NCBI GenBank assembly: GCA_965242695.1 | Contig: CBDESU010000002.1 | Location: forward strand, 512,001 to 576,000 | From: Cenarchaeum sp. | GTDB lineage: Archaea > Thermoproteota > Nitrososphaeria > Nitrososphaerales > Nitrosopumilaceae | Direction of reading: 5' to 3' | Length of the DNA stretch: 64,000 bases | Part shown: positions 50,636-59,962 of the stretch, piece by piece | Position numbering within the stretch: position 1 is the stretch's first letter | Layout of the letters: each line of letters starts with the position of its first letter | Translations under genes and position numbers: made by a program | Notes under the pieces: model-generated | Databases searched by the model: none | Told to the model about the DNA's origin: nothing | What the model saw: only the letters and a program-made list of their open reading frames with translations

Positions 50636-51982
50636 TCATCCCCTCGCCAGCCTTGCCCTCTGCCGCCGGCCCGCATCCGTCAGCTCGTACCTGCGCCTGT
50701 TCCCGCCGAGCTCGGCGGCGAGCCCGCTGTGCAGCAGGACGTCCATGCACGCCCTGGCCGGCTGCCGGCCGCCGCCTGGGCGCCCTCCTAGGAGCGCGGC
50801 GAGGTCCGCCAGTGCGAACGGCCCGTCGGGAAGTCCCAAAAGCGCGCCGTGCAGCATCGAGCCGTCCTCGCCGGGGCGCCCAAGTCTCAGCCGCGTCTGC
50901 CTGCCCGACGCGGCGAGTATGAAGCACATGTACGAGCCGGACTCGTCCCTGTAGTAGGCGCGCATGCCGCCGCTGCCACCGCGCACCTCCCCGTCCGAGC
51001 CCCTGCCGAACTCTAGCCGGTAGCCTGGCGGCACGTTGGCCGACATGTCGGCCGTTTCGGTCTCGAAGAAGCCGCTCTGCCCGCCGTCGTGCCACGCCTC
51101 CTTGTGGAATACGGGGATCAGGTGGTCGCTCAGCTGCAGGCGTCCGCGGAGACGCCTCTTGGCCAGGGCGACGTACGCGGGCTCGATGTCGAGCCCGATG
51201 TAGCGGCGCCCCAGGTTGCGGGCCACCTTTGTCGTCTGCCCGCTGCCGTTCATCGGGTCGAGCACCAGGTCGCCCTTCTTTGTGAGCAGCGTGACGAGCC
51301 TCCACGGTATCTGCTCGGGGAACGGGACGGGGTGGTCGACCATATTCGGGGGGACGGGGGCGATGTGCCAGATCGAGTTTGCGATCTCGCGCTTGACGAC
51401 GCGGTTGAGCGGTATCTGCTCGCCGCGGTCGGCGGCGGCCGCGCGCTGCGCCTGCCCCTCCTTTTGCAGGACCAGAATGCACTCGTGCATGATGTTGGCC
51501 CGAAAGTAGCCGGGGCGCCTGTGCTTTATGAACACGCCGCACCGGTTGCCCGCGCCGTTGCGGCCCGAGGTCGTCTTGTGCCATACGATGGTGTCGCGGA
51601 GGCGCCACTTTGCGGGGTCGTCGTCGTTTTCGGTGCTCGCCATGCGCGAGGCGATCAGCGAGGAGAGCGGTATTGTCTTGCCGTTGACCACCTCGTCGCC
51701 TATGACTATGGCGCAGAACCCGCCCGGGCGGGTCGCCTCGAGGACTTGGCCGAATATTGCCTCCATGTCGTCTAGGTACGCGGCCGTCGTCGACGTGCCC
51801 GTCCCCCTCATCCACTTCTTGTCCCGGCTCTTCTGGTTGGCGACGTGCTGCCTGTAGTCGATCGCGTTGCGGTAGGGAGGGGACGTTACGGTCAGGTCTA
51901 CCGAGCCGGGCCTTATGTGCCTGCAGAGATCGCGCGCGTCGGCGCGGATGATCCTGCCGTCGGGCGGCGCATCCCGCGTCAG
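50636..51982 (-). CDS. Beta-class N4-C/N6-A DNA methyltransferase with a C-terminal wHTH-like extension; start uncertain
   Basis: In-frame upstream of the track's ATG 51811 lies IIRADAR...VDLTVTSPPY (about 51872-51883). Then IVWHK, HPVPFP, VLDPMNGSGQT and YIGLDI. Confidence 0.85.
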   Translation of the reverse strand: MTRDAPPDGRIIRADARDLCRHIRPGSVDLTVTSPPYRNAIDYRQHVANQKSRDKKWMRGTGTSTTAAYLDDMEAIFGQVLEATRPGGFCAIVIGDEVVNGKTIPLSSLIASRMASTENDDDPAKWRLRDTIVWHKTTSGRNGAGNRCGVFIKHRRPGYFRANIMHECILVLQKEGQAQRAAAADRGEQIPLNRVVKREIANSIWHIAPVPPNMVDHPVPFPEQIPWRLVTLLTKKGDLVLDPMNGSGQTTKVARNLGRRYIGLDIEPAYVALAKRRLRGRLQLSDHLIPVFHKEAWHDGGQSGFFETETADMSANVPPGYRLEFGRGSDGEVRGGSGGMRAYYRDESGSYMCFILAASGRQTRLRLGRPGEDGSMLHGALLGLPDGPFALADLAALLGGRPGGGRQPARACMDVLLHSGLAAELGGNRRRYELTDAGRRQRARLARG

Positions 51983-52250
51983 CGGAAACCGCCCCCTTCG
52001 GTTCGGTCCCGCGTGGCCCTGCCGGGCGGCGGGGGCGGCGCAGTGTACTGATTCACGGCAGGGCGGCGGGGGCGGCGGGCGCGTATTAACCCGCCGGGCA
52101 GGACGGGAGAGGCCGGCGGCGGGCGGAGGAGTGGCGCGCGGCGGAGCCGACTGCGTGCACGCAAAGGGTGCCGCATCGCGCGCGGCGGCGCTGCGGGAGC
52201 GGGGTTGCTTGAACCGGCGCGCGGCATGGCCCTCGAAGTCCCGTCCCCGT

Positions 52251-52907
52251 TCACGTGTACGCGCCCCTCCCTGCGATCCGGTTCCACATCTCCCTGTGCT
52301 CGCGCGTCACCGCCCCGTCCTCACCGAGCAGCCCCACGTAGTCTTCGACAAACCCGTCGGCGGACACTAGCAAGCGCAGGTAGTACTTTAGGCACGGCGC
52401 CATGCCGTTGGCGATGATCTGGCAGTCGTGCCTCCTGCTGGCCTTCAGTATTTCATCGGTGACCGCTACGGCATCGTACCTTTTGCTGGTGCTGAGTATG
52501 TAGTACCGCTCTAGGCGTTGCTCGGACCTAAATCTGTCAAAGGCGCTGCGCACCATCCTGGGCGTTATCGGCAGGTTGTGCCTGACCTTGACGGCCTCGC
52601 AGACGTGACCGTCCCTGCCGAAGACCTCCACGTCGCCCAGGTGCCGGGTTCGGCTGCCCGCCGCCGCGTGGGGCCTCAGCGGCCCCAGGCGGCAGCCCCT
52701 GTACCTCTTGACCTCCCGGACCAGCTGCCGGTACGCCGCGTGCACGGCCAGCACCGGCAGCCGCGCGGCCCCGCGCCCGGAGGAGTAGCCTGCGGCAAAG
52801 TGATCATCGAGCATGTCCGCCGCCGCCTCCGACGTCAGGCCGCGCGGCATCGCCAGCTGGGCCCCCGCGCCGGGCCGCCCTCTCCCGGTCGCGCGCTGCG
52901 CCCGCAT
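52251..52907 (-). CDS. Restriction-endonuclease-like (SacI-like) C-terminal fragment, possibly inactive
   Basis: ARLPVLAVHAAY...H...GDVEV...EAVKVRH...RYYILST...IIANG. The expected ExK reads KxR. Confidence 0.55.
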   Translation of the reverse strand: MRAQRATGRGRPGAGAQLAMPRGLTSEAAADMLDDHFAAGYSSGRGAARLPVLAVHAAYRQLVREVKRYRGCRLGPLRPHAAAGSRTRHLGDVEVFGRDGHVCEAVKVRHNLPITPRMVRSAFDRFRSEQRLERYYILSTSKRYDAVAVTDEILKASRRHDCQIIANGMAPCLKYYLRLLVSADGFVEDYVGLLGEDGAVTREHREMWNRIAGRGAYT

Positions 52908-53254
52908 CGTTGTGCGATCAGCCAAGCGGCGGGGCCGCGGCCGCCATCGATTTAGGCCTTCTGGGCGGCAGGCCCTTCGCGCCAGCGGGCCGGCGAACGG
53001 CTGCACGCGGGGCCGCTTTGCCCGCGCCGCCGCCGCCCGGCTGCCAGATCGGCGGTCGCCACGCCCGACCGGGCGCCTTGCCCCCGGCTAGCGCAGCGGG
53101 AGTAGGCGGGGCACGTCGATGGCGAGGATGCCCCGTGCGATTCCCATTCCCCGCGGCGGGCGGAAGCCTTGGTCTGGCCCACGACCATATCGTCGATCTC
53201 GAGGAGGGGAGAGCAGGCCGCACAAGAGGCCGCCGGCTCCCCTGCTGCCGCTGT

Positions 53255-53782
53255 TCACGCCATCTCAATCTCCTTCGCCTCATAGGAGCCGTCGCCGCCG
53301 CGCAGCCGAAGCGTGCAGAACGTCCGTATGCCGTTGTACTTGAGGCAGACTACGAGCTCGGAGCGGGCCGCCCTGGACGAGAGGAGCGGCGGCCGCCAGC
53401 GCACCCTCTTGACGACGGCGGTGCGGTGCCTTGCGAGCAGGTCGCGCACCGACACGCCGTCCCCATAGTAGTGCCTGGCGCAGATCTCCGCGTTCCTGCG
53501 CACCCGCAGGCCGGGCAGGATCGCCGCCATGTCCGCGTCCGCCGGCACAAAGGACATCTCGCAGCCGTGGCAGCCGAGGTGCGCCCTTCCCCCACGGCCC
53601 GCCGAGAGTCGCAGGGTGGACGAGCGCACGCGGATGTACAGGACGGGGAGGTGGTCCCTCCACGGCCATCGGGGGAAGACGACTCCGCCGCAAAACGGGC
53701 AGGGTGCGGCGTCCCATCCGTGGGCCGGCGCGCCGTGGCACTTTTCGTCCGCAGGCGGCGCGCGGCGCGGGCCCGCAGTCAT
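53255..53782 (-). CDS. Hypothetical protein with two CxxC pairs
   Basis: CPFC and CHGC motifs. ATGA overlap with the upstream gene. Confidence 0.5.
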   Translation of the reverse strand: MTAGPRRAPPADEKCHGAPAHGWDAAPCPFCGGVVFPRWPWRDHLPVLYIRVRSSTLRLSAGRGGRAHLGCHGCEMSFVPADADMAAILPGLRVRRNAEICARHYYGDGVSVRDLLARHRTAVVKRVRWRPPLLSSRAARSELVVCLKYNGIRTFCTLRLRGGDGSYEAKEIEMA

Positions 53783-54738
53783 CCGCAGCCGTGCCCCCTC
53801 GCCCACGCCTCCGCCGCGTACTCGCTGTCCCCGCAGTCGTCAAGGTTTAGCGCCGCCAGCCCCAAGTCCAGAACCTGCTCGTTCACCGGCTCGCCTTCGC
53901 AGTACAGCTTGCCCGCCAGCCGATCTTCCCCGCCGCCCCCGAGCCCGGCGTCCTCGTCAAAGAGCGCGTACGATCCTACCGGGCAGAACGCCTCCAGCAC
54001 TCCCAGATAGTCGCGGTGCAGCCTTTCGCCGGCCCTTGGCGGCTCGACCAGCGACAGCAGAACCCCCTTCCGCACGTTCGCCTCCACATCCAGGACGGTG
54101 ATGTTGCCGCCCGCATTGCCCGCGACGAACCCCGCAAAGCACCCTCCGCCGCCGCTGCACAGCTCGGGCCGGTGCTTGACGGCCCTGTCCAGCGCTATCC
54201 TCGTCTCTTCCTCGCTCCAGTCCGCCTTGATCACCAGCACGTACTCGGAGGCGGGCGGGTCGACCAGGTACTGCAGCCGCACCGGCATGGTCTGGCCCTT
54301 GGGCAGCCCCCCGAGCCCTATGCTGAAGTCGAACGCGGCCGACGGGTCAAAGCCCGACGATGCCGCCCGCCGCCCGCCGCCGTCATCCTCCAGCTCGAAC
54401 CTGCCCTTCAGGTCGTAGTACTCCTCGGAGCTGAGGTTGGTGACCGATGCGTCCACCGTCACCACGTACTTGCCCGCCTCCCTGCTCTCGGCGCACGTGC
54501 CCAGAAAGCAGGTCTGCGGCGCCCGGGAGTCGAGCTGGATACTGGCGTCGGTCACCTTGACGGCTATGGCCGCGTCCGCCGTTGTCCGGTGCGTGACGAC
54601 ATCGCCCATGCCGTGCAGGCCGGCGGCGCCGCCGCCGCCGCCATCCTCCGCGCTGTTCGCCAGCAGCACCGCGGCCGCGATCGCGCCGATGACGGCCACC
54701 CATGCGCCGATTCCAGCGTAGACGTAGATTTTTTTCAT
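53779..54738 (-). CDS. Membrane-anchored protein: DUF4352-like Ig domain + thermonuclease-like C-terminal domain
   Basis: N-terminal TM, GKYVVTVDASVTN...FELED. C-terminus CPVGSYALFDED...LYCEG..VNEQVLDLGLA...C..SEYA.EAWA..HGC resembles Nitrosopumilus thermonuclease-family proteins. Confidence 0.65.
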   Translation of the reverse strand: MKKIYVYAGIGAWVAVIGAIAAAVLLANSAEDGGGGGAAGLHGMGDVVTHRTTADAAIAVKVTDASIQLDSRAPQTCFLGTCAESREAGKYVVTVDASVTNLSSEEYYDLKGRFELEDDGGGRRAASSGFDPSAAFDFSIGLGGLPKGQTMPVRLQYLVDPPASEYVLVIKADWSEEETRIALDRAVKHRPELCSGGGGCFAGFVAGNAGGNITVLDVEANVRKGVLLSLVEPPRAGERLHRDYLGVLEAFCPVGSYALFDEDAGLGGGGEDRLAGKLYCEGEPVNEQVLDLGLAALNLDDCGDSEYAAEAWARGHGCG

Positions 54739-54750
54739 GCCAATCCAAAC

Positions 54751-55281
54751 CTAGAAGCCGACCTTCGACATGCGCGCGCTCTCGAGCGCCGCAAAGAGCC
54801 TGTCCATTTCCTTTGTGCGTATTTCCAGCTTGATGTCGTACCTCTGCCCCGCCACGTCCTTTTCAAAGTTTACGAGCACGGACTTGTTCAGGGTGCCGAT
54901 CTTTGCAAGGCTCAGTATCTTGTCGAACTGGTACTCGTTTCCCGCGCAGTAGACCGCCTTGTGCGTCACGACCAGCCTGCCCTTGGCCTTTGCCTTCTGC
55001 GTCTTGTCGCGCCCGAACACCGCGTAGCCCACGGGGCCGCCCGCAAGCCAGCTGGCGATTTTTCGCCCCGCCCCCCGGTGCTCGATCTTCTTGATTATCA
55101 GCTCGCCGTCGCTGTCAAAGTAGATTTTCTCCTTGACCTCTGGCCTTTCCGCGGTCATGGGACTTCCCGTGCTGTCCTCGATCGCATGGGGCGGCGCGGG
55201 CGGCGTCGTCGTCGGGGACCCGCACGAGGGGCAGAACTTGTGCGCCTCGTCAACCTTGCTGCCGCAGTTCACGCAGTACAT
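54751..55281 (-). CDS. Zinc-ribbon domain protein with a PH-like C-terminal domain
   Basis: MYCVNCG...FCPSCG, then GRLVVTHKAV. TTATATA box at about 55308-55315. Confidence 0.75.
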   Translation of the reverse strand: MYCVNCGSKVDEAHKFCPSCGSPTTTPPAPPHAIEDSTGSPMTAERPEVKEKIYFDSDGELIIKKIEHRGAGRKIASWLAGGPVGYAVFGRDKTQKAKAKGRLVVTHKAVYCAGNEYQFDKILSLAKIGTLNKSVLVNFEKDVAGQRYDIKLEIRTKEMDRLFAALESARMSKVGF

Positions 55282-55537
55282 GCCGCAGCCGGGCGTGCCG
55301 CCCGCTTGTATATAAGCAACAGGGTCGCCAAGGGCGCGTCCCAAATCAGATTTGTGGCCATGGCGACGCATGGACAAATTGAGCGCCTGTGGGGAGGCCA
55401 CGCATCTCTGTCCGTCCTGCCAGGAAGCCGGCCGCTGGCGGCGCTGGCCGTCGCCCGGCCGCTCACGGACTCGGAGGGGCCCGCGGCCCCCGCCAAACCA
55501 TACTTATGCCGCCCCGCGGCCCTGGCGCCGAGAAGCC

Positions 55538-56041
55538 ATGGCAGGCCCGCTGTTCCCGATGATGGTCGCCGACTACTTCATAGCCCGCACGGGCGGCGGG
55601 CTGACCCCGCTGCAGGTGATCAAGCTGACGTACATAGCGCACGGCTACTCCCTTGCGCTCCTTGACGAGGCCCTGATCAAAGAGGACGTGGAGTCGTGGA
55701 AGTACGGCCCCGTGGTCCCCTCGGTGCACCACGCCGTGAAAAAGTACGGCGGAAGAAGGATTACCGAGCTGCTGTACTCTGGAATCCCGACGAGCGACGA
55801 AGGGGGCGTAAGGGACGCAGTCGCCTTCATCTCGGGGAACATGTCGGGCGAGCAGAAGGAGGTGCTCGACGGGGTGCTCGGCGCGTACGGAAAGCTCTCG
55901 GGCTTTGAGCTGACGGACAGGACGCACATCCGGGAGTCGCGATGGAGGCGGCTCTGCCGGCGGCACTCGTACGGGGAAAGGATCCCAAACAGCCTCATAA
56001 AGTCGATCTACAAAAAGGCAGTCGACGGCGGCGGCGCGTGA
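55538..56041 (+). CDS. Panacea (DUF4065/SocA) antitoxin, orphan
   Basis: VADYFI...LTPLQVIKLTYIAHG...EDVESWKYGPVVPSV...YGKLSGFEL...TH...W. Confidence 0.88.
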   Translation: MAGPLFPMMVADYFIARTGGGLTPLQVIKLTYIAHGYSLALLDEALIKEDVESWKYGPVVPSVHHAVKKYGGRRITELLYSGIPTSDEGGVRDAVAFISGNMSGEQKEVLDGVLGAYGKLSGFELTDRTHIRESRWRRLCRRHSYGERIPNSLIKSIYKKAVDGGGA

Positions 56042-56147
56042 CTGCGGAGGCGCAAAAGGGGCGCGGGGCTACGCACTCTTCGCGGCCCAGGCGAGCCGCA
56101 GGCCGGGCGCCCCTCTCTCCCCCCCCCCTCGCACCGCCGCGCGCATC

Positions 56148-57905
56148 TCATGGCCATGTCCCAAGCGGGCCCTCGCCGTCCGCGATCCTGGCGACGACCC
56201 GGGAGTCAAAGTCAAAGCCGCCGTCAAACTCGCCGTAGGGCACCGCATCCGAGCCGATCGCGCAGATGTACTGCACGCCGAGCCTCCCCGACTCCTCGGC
56301 GGCGGCCTGCAGCGCCCGCGCAGCCTGCCGCCCGCCGGCGCCGTCGAACATCTCGCTGTCGTGCGCCAAGAGGCCGGGCGACTCGGGCCTGCCGGCCCAC
56401 AGCGAGGCGAGCGCGAGGTCGTAGCAGAGCACCTTCATCTTGGCGGCCCCCCTGGCGCCGCCGGCGTTCCCGCCCCCTATCTTGGCGCCGAGCTTGTATC
56501 CGCCCTCCGCTACCCCTATCGACAGCCTGCCCGGGGCGCCAAATACCATCCTTGAGCACCTGTCGAACGCGAGCATCGCCTTGCGCCTCTGGCTCTCGGA
56601 GGCCTCGTAGCCGGACTCGGCCCGCTCCCGCAGGCGCGCCATCCTTTCGCCCAGGGCGGCGCCCTTCCTGCCGATCTCCCCGAGCGCCTCGAGCCGCGCC
56701 GATGCATCCGCCTTTTTCTCCGCCGTCTGCTGGTGCCTCGCCTGCATCTCGACGAGCTCCTCGACGGCGCCGTGCGCCTCGAGGACCCCCATGATCTCCG
56801 CCCTCTTCCTGCCCAGCTCGCCTATCCGCAGGCCCTTTTCGCGCACCTCCGCCTCGAGCCTGCCCATCTCCGGCCCGAGAAGCTCGCGCCGCCCCTCCAC
56901 TATCGACTCGTGGAACCGCCTTGCCTCGTCGAGCCTGCGCCGGACCGACCCGGGGAACAGCACGCCGGCCTCCTCGTAGATCGCAAGGACGCTGCCGGCC
57001 GGCGGCTTGGGCTCCCGCTCCGTGCTCCGCCTGTACCCCTCCAGCATCCTGGCCTTCACCGACCTTGCGTTGACCAGCTCGTGCATCGCGCCGGTGAGGC
57101 CGTCGGCCTCTTCCTCGAGCTTGGCGTACCTCTCGTGCACGCTGAACGACCTGATCGCATCTTCCTCCCCCTTTGACGCTTCCTCGAGCGCGGCCAGGGC
57201 CGCCTCCAGCTCGCCGGCGCTGCCGATCACGCCGGCCAGGATTCCGCCCGTCGCCTCCCTCTTGAGCGCCGCCAGGCGCGTTCCGTAGTCGATCGCATCG
57301 GCGCGCTCCGCGGCCAGCTCCCAGTCCAGCCCGAGCAGGTACGCATTGTTGACCTGGACGTCCGATGCGGGCTGCATCCGGCGGCTCGAAAAGGGCGAGG
57401 CGTACGCGCCGCGCCCGCCTCCCCGCCTCATTACATACGGGGCGAGGCTCCTGAACGTCGGGCGGCGCCCATTCCCCTTTGGATCCGCCCCCGGATCAAG
57501 CCCGAACATGATCCGCCCCAGCGTGCGCCTGTACTTGTCGACCCCGATCGGGGCCGCCCCCGAGAGCGGCTCGGCCGCCGGCGCGCCGCCTTTTGGCCAC
57601 AGCCCCGCGGCGGGCTTTACCCATACCATGCCCGGCGAGTCGACTGACCTGCCGACGGTGAACGGCCTTCCCCCGTGCTCGGCGTCGAGCAGGAACGTCC
57701 GGCCGCCGAGCCGCGGGTCCCTGAGCGGCCCCGTCCTCTGGCCTCCCAGGCAGTAGTCGAGTATTGCAAGCAGCGGCGACCCGCCGCGGCCCCCTCCGGC
57801 GCCCCCCTCTGCGGCCCGCCTCTCGCAGAGTATGACGTTGGCTCCGGGCTTGAAGCGCACGGGCCTGGACGACTCCAGGTCGGACCCTAGTCCGCGTATG
57901 ATCAC
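56148..57905 (-). CDS. ABC-three-component/Lamassu SMC-like ATPase (DUF2326) with degenerate ATPase motifs
   Basis: VRFKPGANVI, LDYCLG, PTFRSL, coiled coil, KMKVLCYDL, LAHDSEMFDG and QYI. Walker A position reads GRGGSPL. Confidence 0.8.
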   Translation of the reverse strand: MIIRGLGSDLESSRPVRFKPGANVILCERRAAEGGAGGGRGGSPLLAILDYCLGGQRTGPLRDPRLGGRTFLLDAEHGGRPFTVGRSVDSPGMVWVKPAAGLWPKGGAPAAEPLSGAAPIGVDKYRRTLGRIMFGLDPGADPKGNGRRPTFRSLAPYVMRRGGGRGAYASPFSSRRMQPASDVQVNNAYLLGLDWELAAERADAIDYGTRLAALKREATGGILAGVIGSAGELEAALAALEEASKGEEDAIRSFSVHERYAKLEEEADGLTGAMHELVNARSVKARMLEGYRRSTEREPKPPAGSVLAIYEEAGVLFPGSVRRRLDEARRFHESIVEGRRELLGPEMGRLEAEVREKGLRIGELGRKRAEIMGVLEAHGAVEELVEMQARHQQTAEKKADASARLEALGEIGRKGAALGERMARLRERAESGYEASESQRRKAMLAFDRCSRMVFGAPGRLSIGVAEGGYKLGAKIGGGNAGGARGAAKMKVLCYDLALASLWAGRPESPGLLAHDSEMFDGAGGRQAARALQAAAEESGRLGVQYICAIGSDAVPYGEFDGGFDFDSRVVARIADGEGPLGTWP

Positions 57906-58156
57906 CGCGCCTGCGCCCCCGTCCCGCCGCGCCTGCGCTCCCTCACTATGCGGCCCCCGCTGAGCCGCACCGCCCCGAGTATGAACAGCAGGTCCAGCCC
58001 GTCGACGAACCGGCCAAACGTCCTGATCTCGCGCCTGTCCTTGGCCCTGTCCCAGAGCTCGGACACCGTATAGTCCGAGTCCATCGTCTCGAGCAGCGCG
58101 GCGCCTACGCCGAGCAGCGACTCTGACAGGCGCACGTGCATGTCCGGGAGTATCAT
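57902..58156 (-). CDS. ABC-three-component middle component (LmuC-like)
   Basis: MILPDMHVRLSESLLGVGA...TVSELWD...FVDGLDLLFILGAV. GTGA overlap with the ATPase gene. Confidence 0.8.
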   Translation of the reverse strand: MILPDMHVRLSESLLGVGAALLETMDSDYTVSELWDRAKDRREIRTFGRFVDGLDLLFILGAVRLSGGRIVRERRRGGTGAQAR

Positions 58157-58681
58157 TGCGGCTCGAGCACCCCGCAGGCCCCGAAAAGGCGCGCCGGGAC
58201 GGCCGGCGCCGCCGCGGATCTCCCCGTGCCGGCGCCCGCAATCCCCCGCATGGTGGGCAGATGGTCCCCGCCCGGCATTGCCGCATCGCGCCCGGCCGTT
58301 CCCGGGTCGTGGCCCGCACTGCGGGGCATCTCGCCTGCCAGCGCAGCCGGATCGCCGCCCGATCCACCCGGCGCCGGGGGCGCGCGGCTGGCCGGCGTTG
58401 CGCGGCGGTCCCCGCGCCTGTCAAGCGCCGCATTGGGCGCGCGGATGGCCGGCCTCCTGCCCATGCGCCGCCCCGCGATCTGCGGGTTATAACTCGTGAC
58501 GCGCCCCCGCCGCCGCCTGAATTGCTCCATTATAGCCGCAGGCGCAGGCTCTCGGCCTCCTTTTTGACGCATCGGCGCCCAATCGACGCATGCGGAATGG
58601 CCGGGAGCCTGTGCCCGGGACAATGCGCCGGCGGGGCGCGGCGCCGATGCATGCGGGGGTCGGCGGCGCGGGCGCCCGGGA

Positions 58682-59962
58682 CTAGGCCTTCCTCATCTCG
58701 AGGACGACCTCGCGCCTCATGCGGCCGCCGAGCCTCGCCTCGGCGCGCGCCGACGGGGGCGGCAGGTACCTGCTGGACTGCGGCAGGCTGCGCGAGCGCC
58801 TGGACACCACCTCGAGGCCCGCATCCGCGGCGAGCAGCCCGATCATCCTCGAGTTGCGTATGAACGCGCCGCGCACCGTGTTCTCGCCTACCACGTACGC
58901 GGCCGTTCCGCCCCTGTCGAGCACCCTGGCCGTCTCTTCCACGACAAGCCTCATGTCATGCACGTACCGCGCCAGGATCGCCCTCGTCCTGCCTTGAAGC
59001 GCGCGCCGCGCAAGCCCGAGGGCCGAGATGATCCTGTCCTCAGGGGAAGGGCATGCGCCCCCGTCGCATCCGCCGCCGCCGCCGTACATGCCGACCTCGG
59101 TGCCGATCGCCTCTGACCGTATCCCGCGCAGCCGCCCTATCGTGTAGCCCATCCAGACGAGCGAGAACTTGCTGCACCGCATGTAGTCGATCGCGTTGAG
59201 GTACGGAGGCGAGGTGATCACCATGTCGGCCGAGCCGGCGCGCACGTCCATGCGCCGCGCATCGCCGAGGCGCACGTCGGCCGCCGCGGCGGCGCCGCGC
59301 CCCGCTTCCTCCGCGCCGATGCAGCCGGCTGCCACCCTCGCGGCGGCCGACTCGAACCTCGCGAACGGCAGGGCCGGGGCCTTTTCAAACCTCTTGTGCG
59401 GCCTGCTGTGGGCAAGGTCCATCGCAAGCGAGGCGCCCGCCTGCTTTGCTATTATGAGGCGCGAAAAGGCGCACCACAGCGCGTCCCTGGCCGCGCCGCC
59501 CCGCACGGGGCGTATCGCCGCAGCAAGCGAGGCCAGCTGCCTCCTTGCGGCCGGGTCGAACCAGTACCGCGCAAACCGCCGCGTCTCCTCGTCCGATCCC
59601 CGCGGGTACGAGTCGGCGGCCCTCATGTCCCTGCACCTGCCACGGGCCGCATCGAGCACGGCCGAGGCGCGCCGGAGCAGGGCCCTTTTGTCGATCGGCG
59701 CTGTCCACACCCTGGCCATCAGCACGGCCAGCGGGTCGGTGTCCATGCCGACGGCGTCGTGGCCGCTGTCGCGCGCGACGGCAAGGACGGTCCCCGAGCC
59801 GGCCATCGGGTCGACCACGCGCAGCCGCCTGCCCCCGCCGGCCCTGTTCATCAGGGACAGGACCAGATCCGGCGTCATCCGGGCCGGAAACGGGTGGACG
59901 GGCGGGCGGGGGCCAGGGCGGGGGGCCGCCGGCGCCGCGGCGCCCTTACGCGCCGGCGCCAT
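58682..59962 (-). CDS. N4-C-type DNA methyltransferase (motif I before SPPY)
   Basis: VHPFPARM, VVDPMAGSGTV, GMDTDPLA, GDAR and VITSPPYLNAIDY. Confidence 0.88.
   Translation of the reverse strand: MAPARKGAAAPAAPRPGPRPPVHPFPARMTPDLVLSLMNRAGGGRRLRVVDPMAGSGTVLAVARDSGHDAVGMDTDPLAVLMARVWTAPIDKRALLRRASAVLDAARGRCRDMRAADSYPRGSDEETRRFARYWFDPAARRQLASLAAAIRPVRGGAARDALWCAFSRLIIAKQAGASLAMDLAHSRPHKRFEKAPALPFARFESAAARVAAGCIGAEEAGRGAAAAADVRLGDARRMDVRAGSADMVITSPPYLNAIDYMRCSKFSLVWMGYTIGRLRGIRSEAIGTEVGMYGGGGGCDGGACPSPEDRIISALGLARRALQGRTRAILARYVHDMRLVVEETARVLDRGGTAAYVVGENTVRGAFIRNSRMIGLLAADAGLEVVSRRSRSLPQSSRYLPPPSARAEARLGGRMRREVVLEMRKA

Noticed and set aside
57906-58433. N-terminal 175 aa of ORF 56148-58433
   Set aside because: Overlaps the real middle-component gene in another frame. 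Family similarity starts at GTG 57905.
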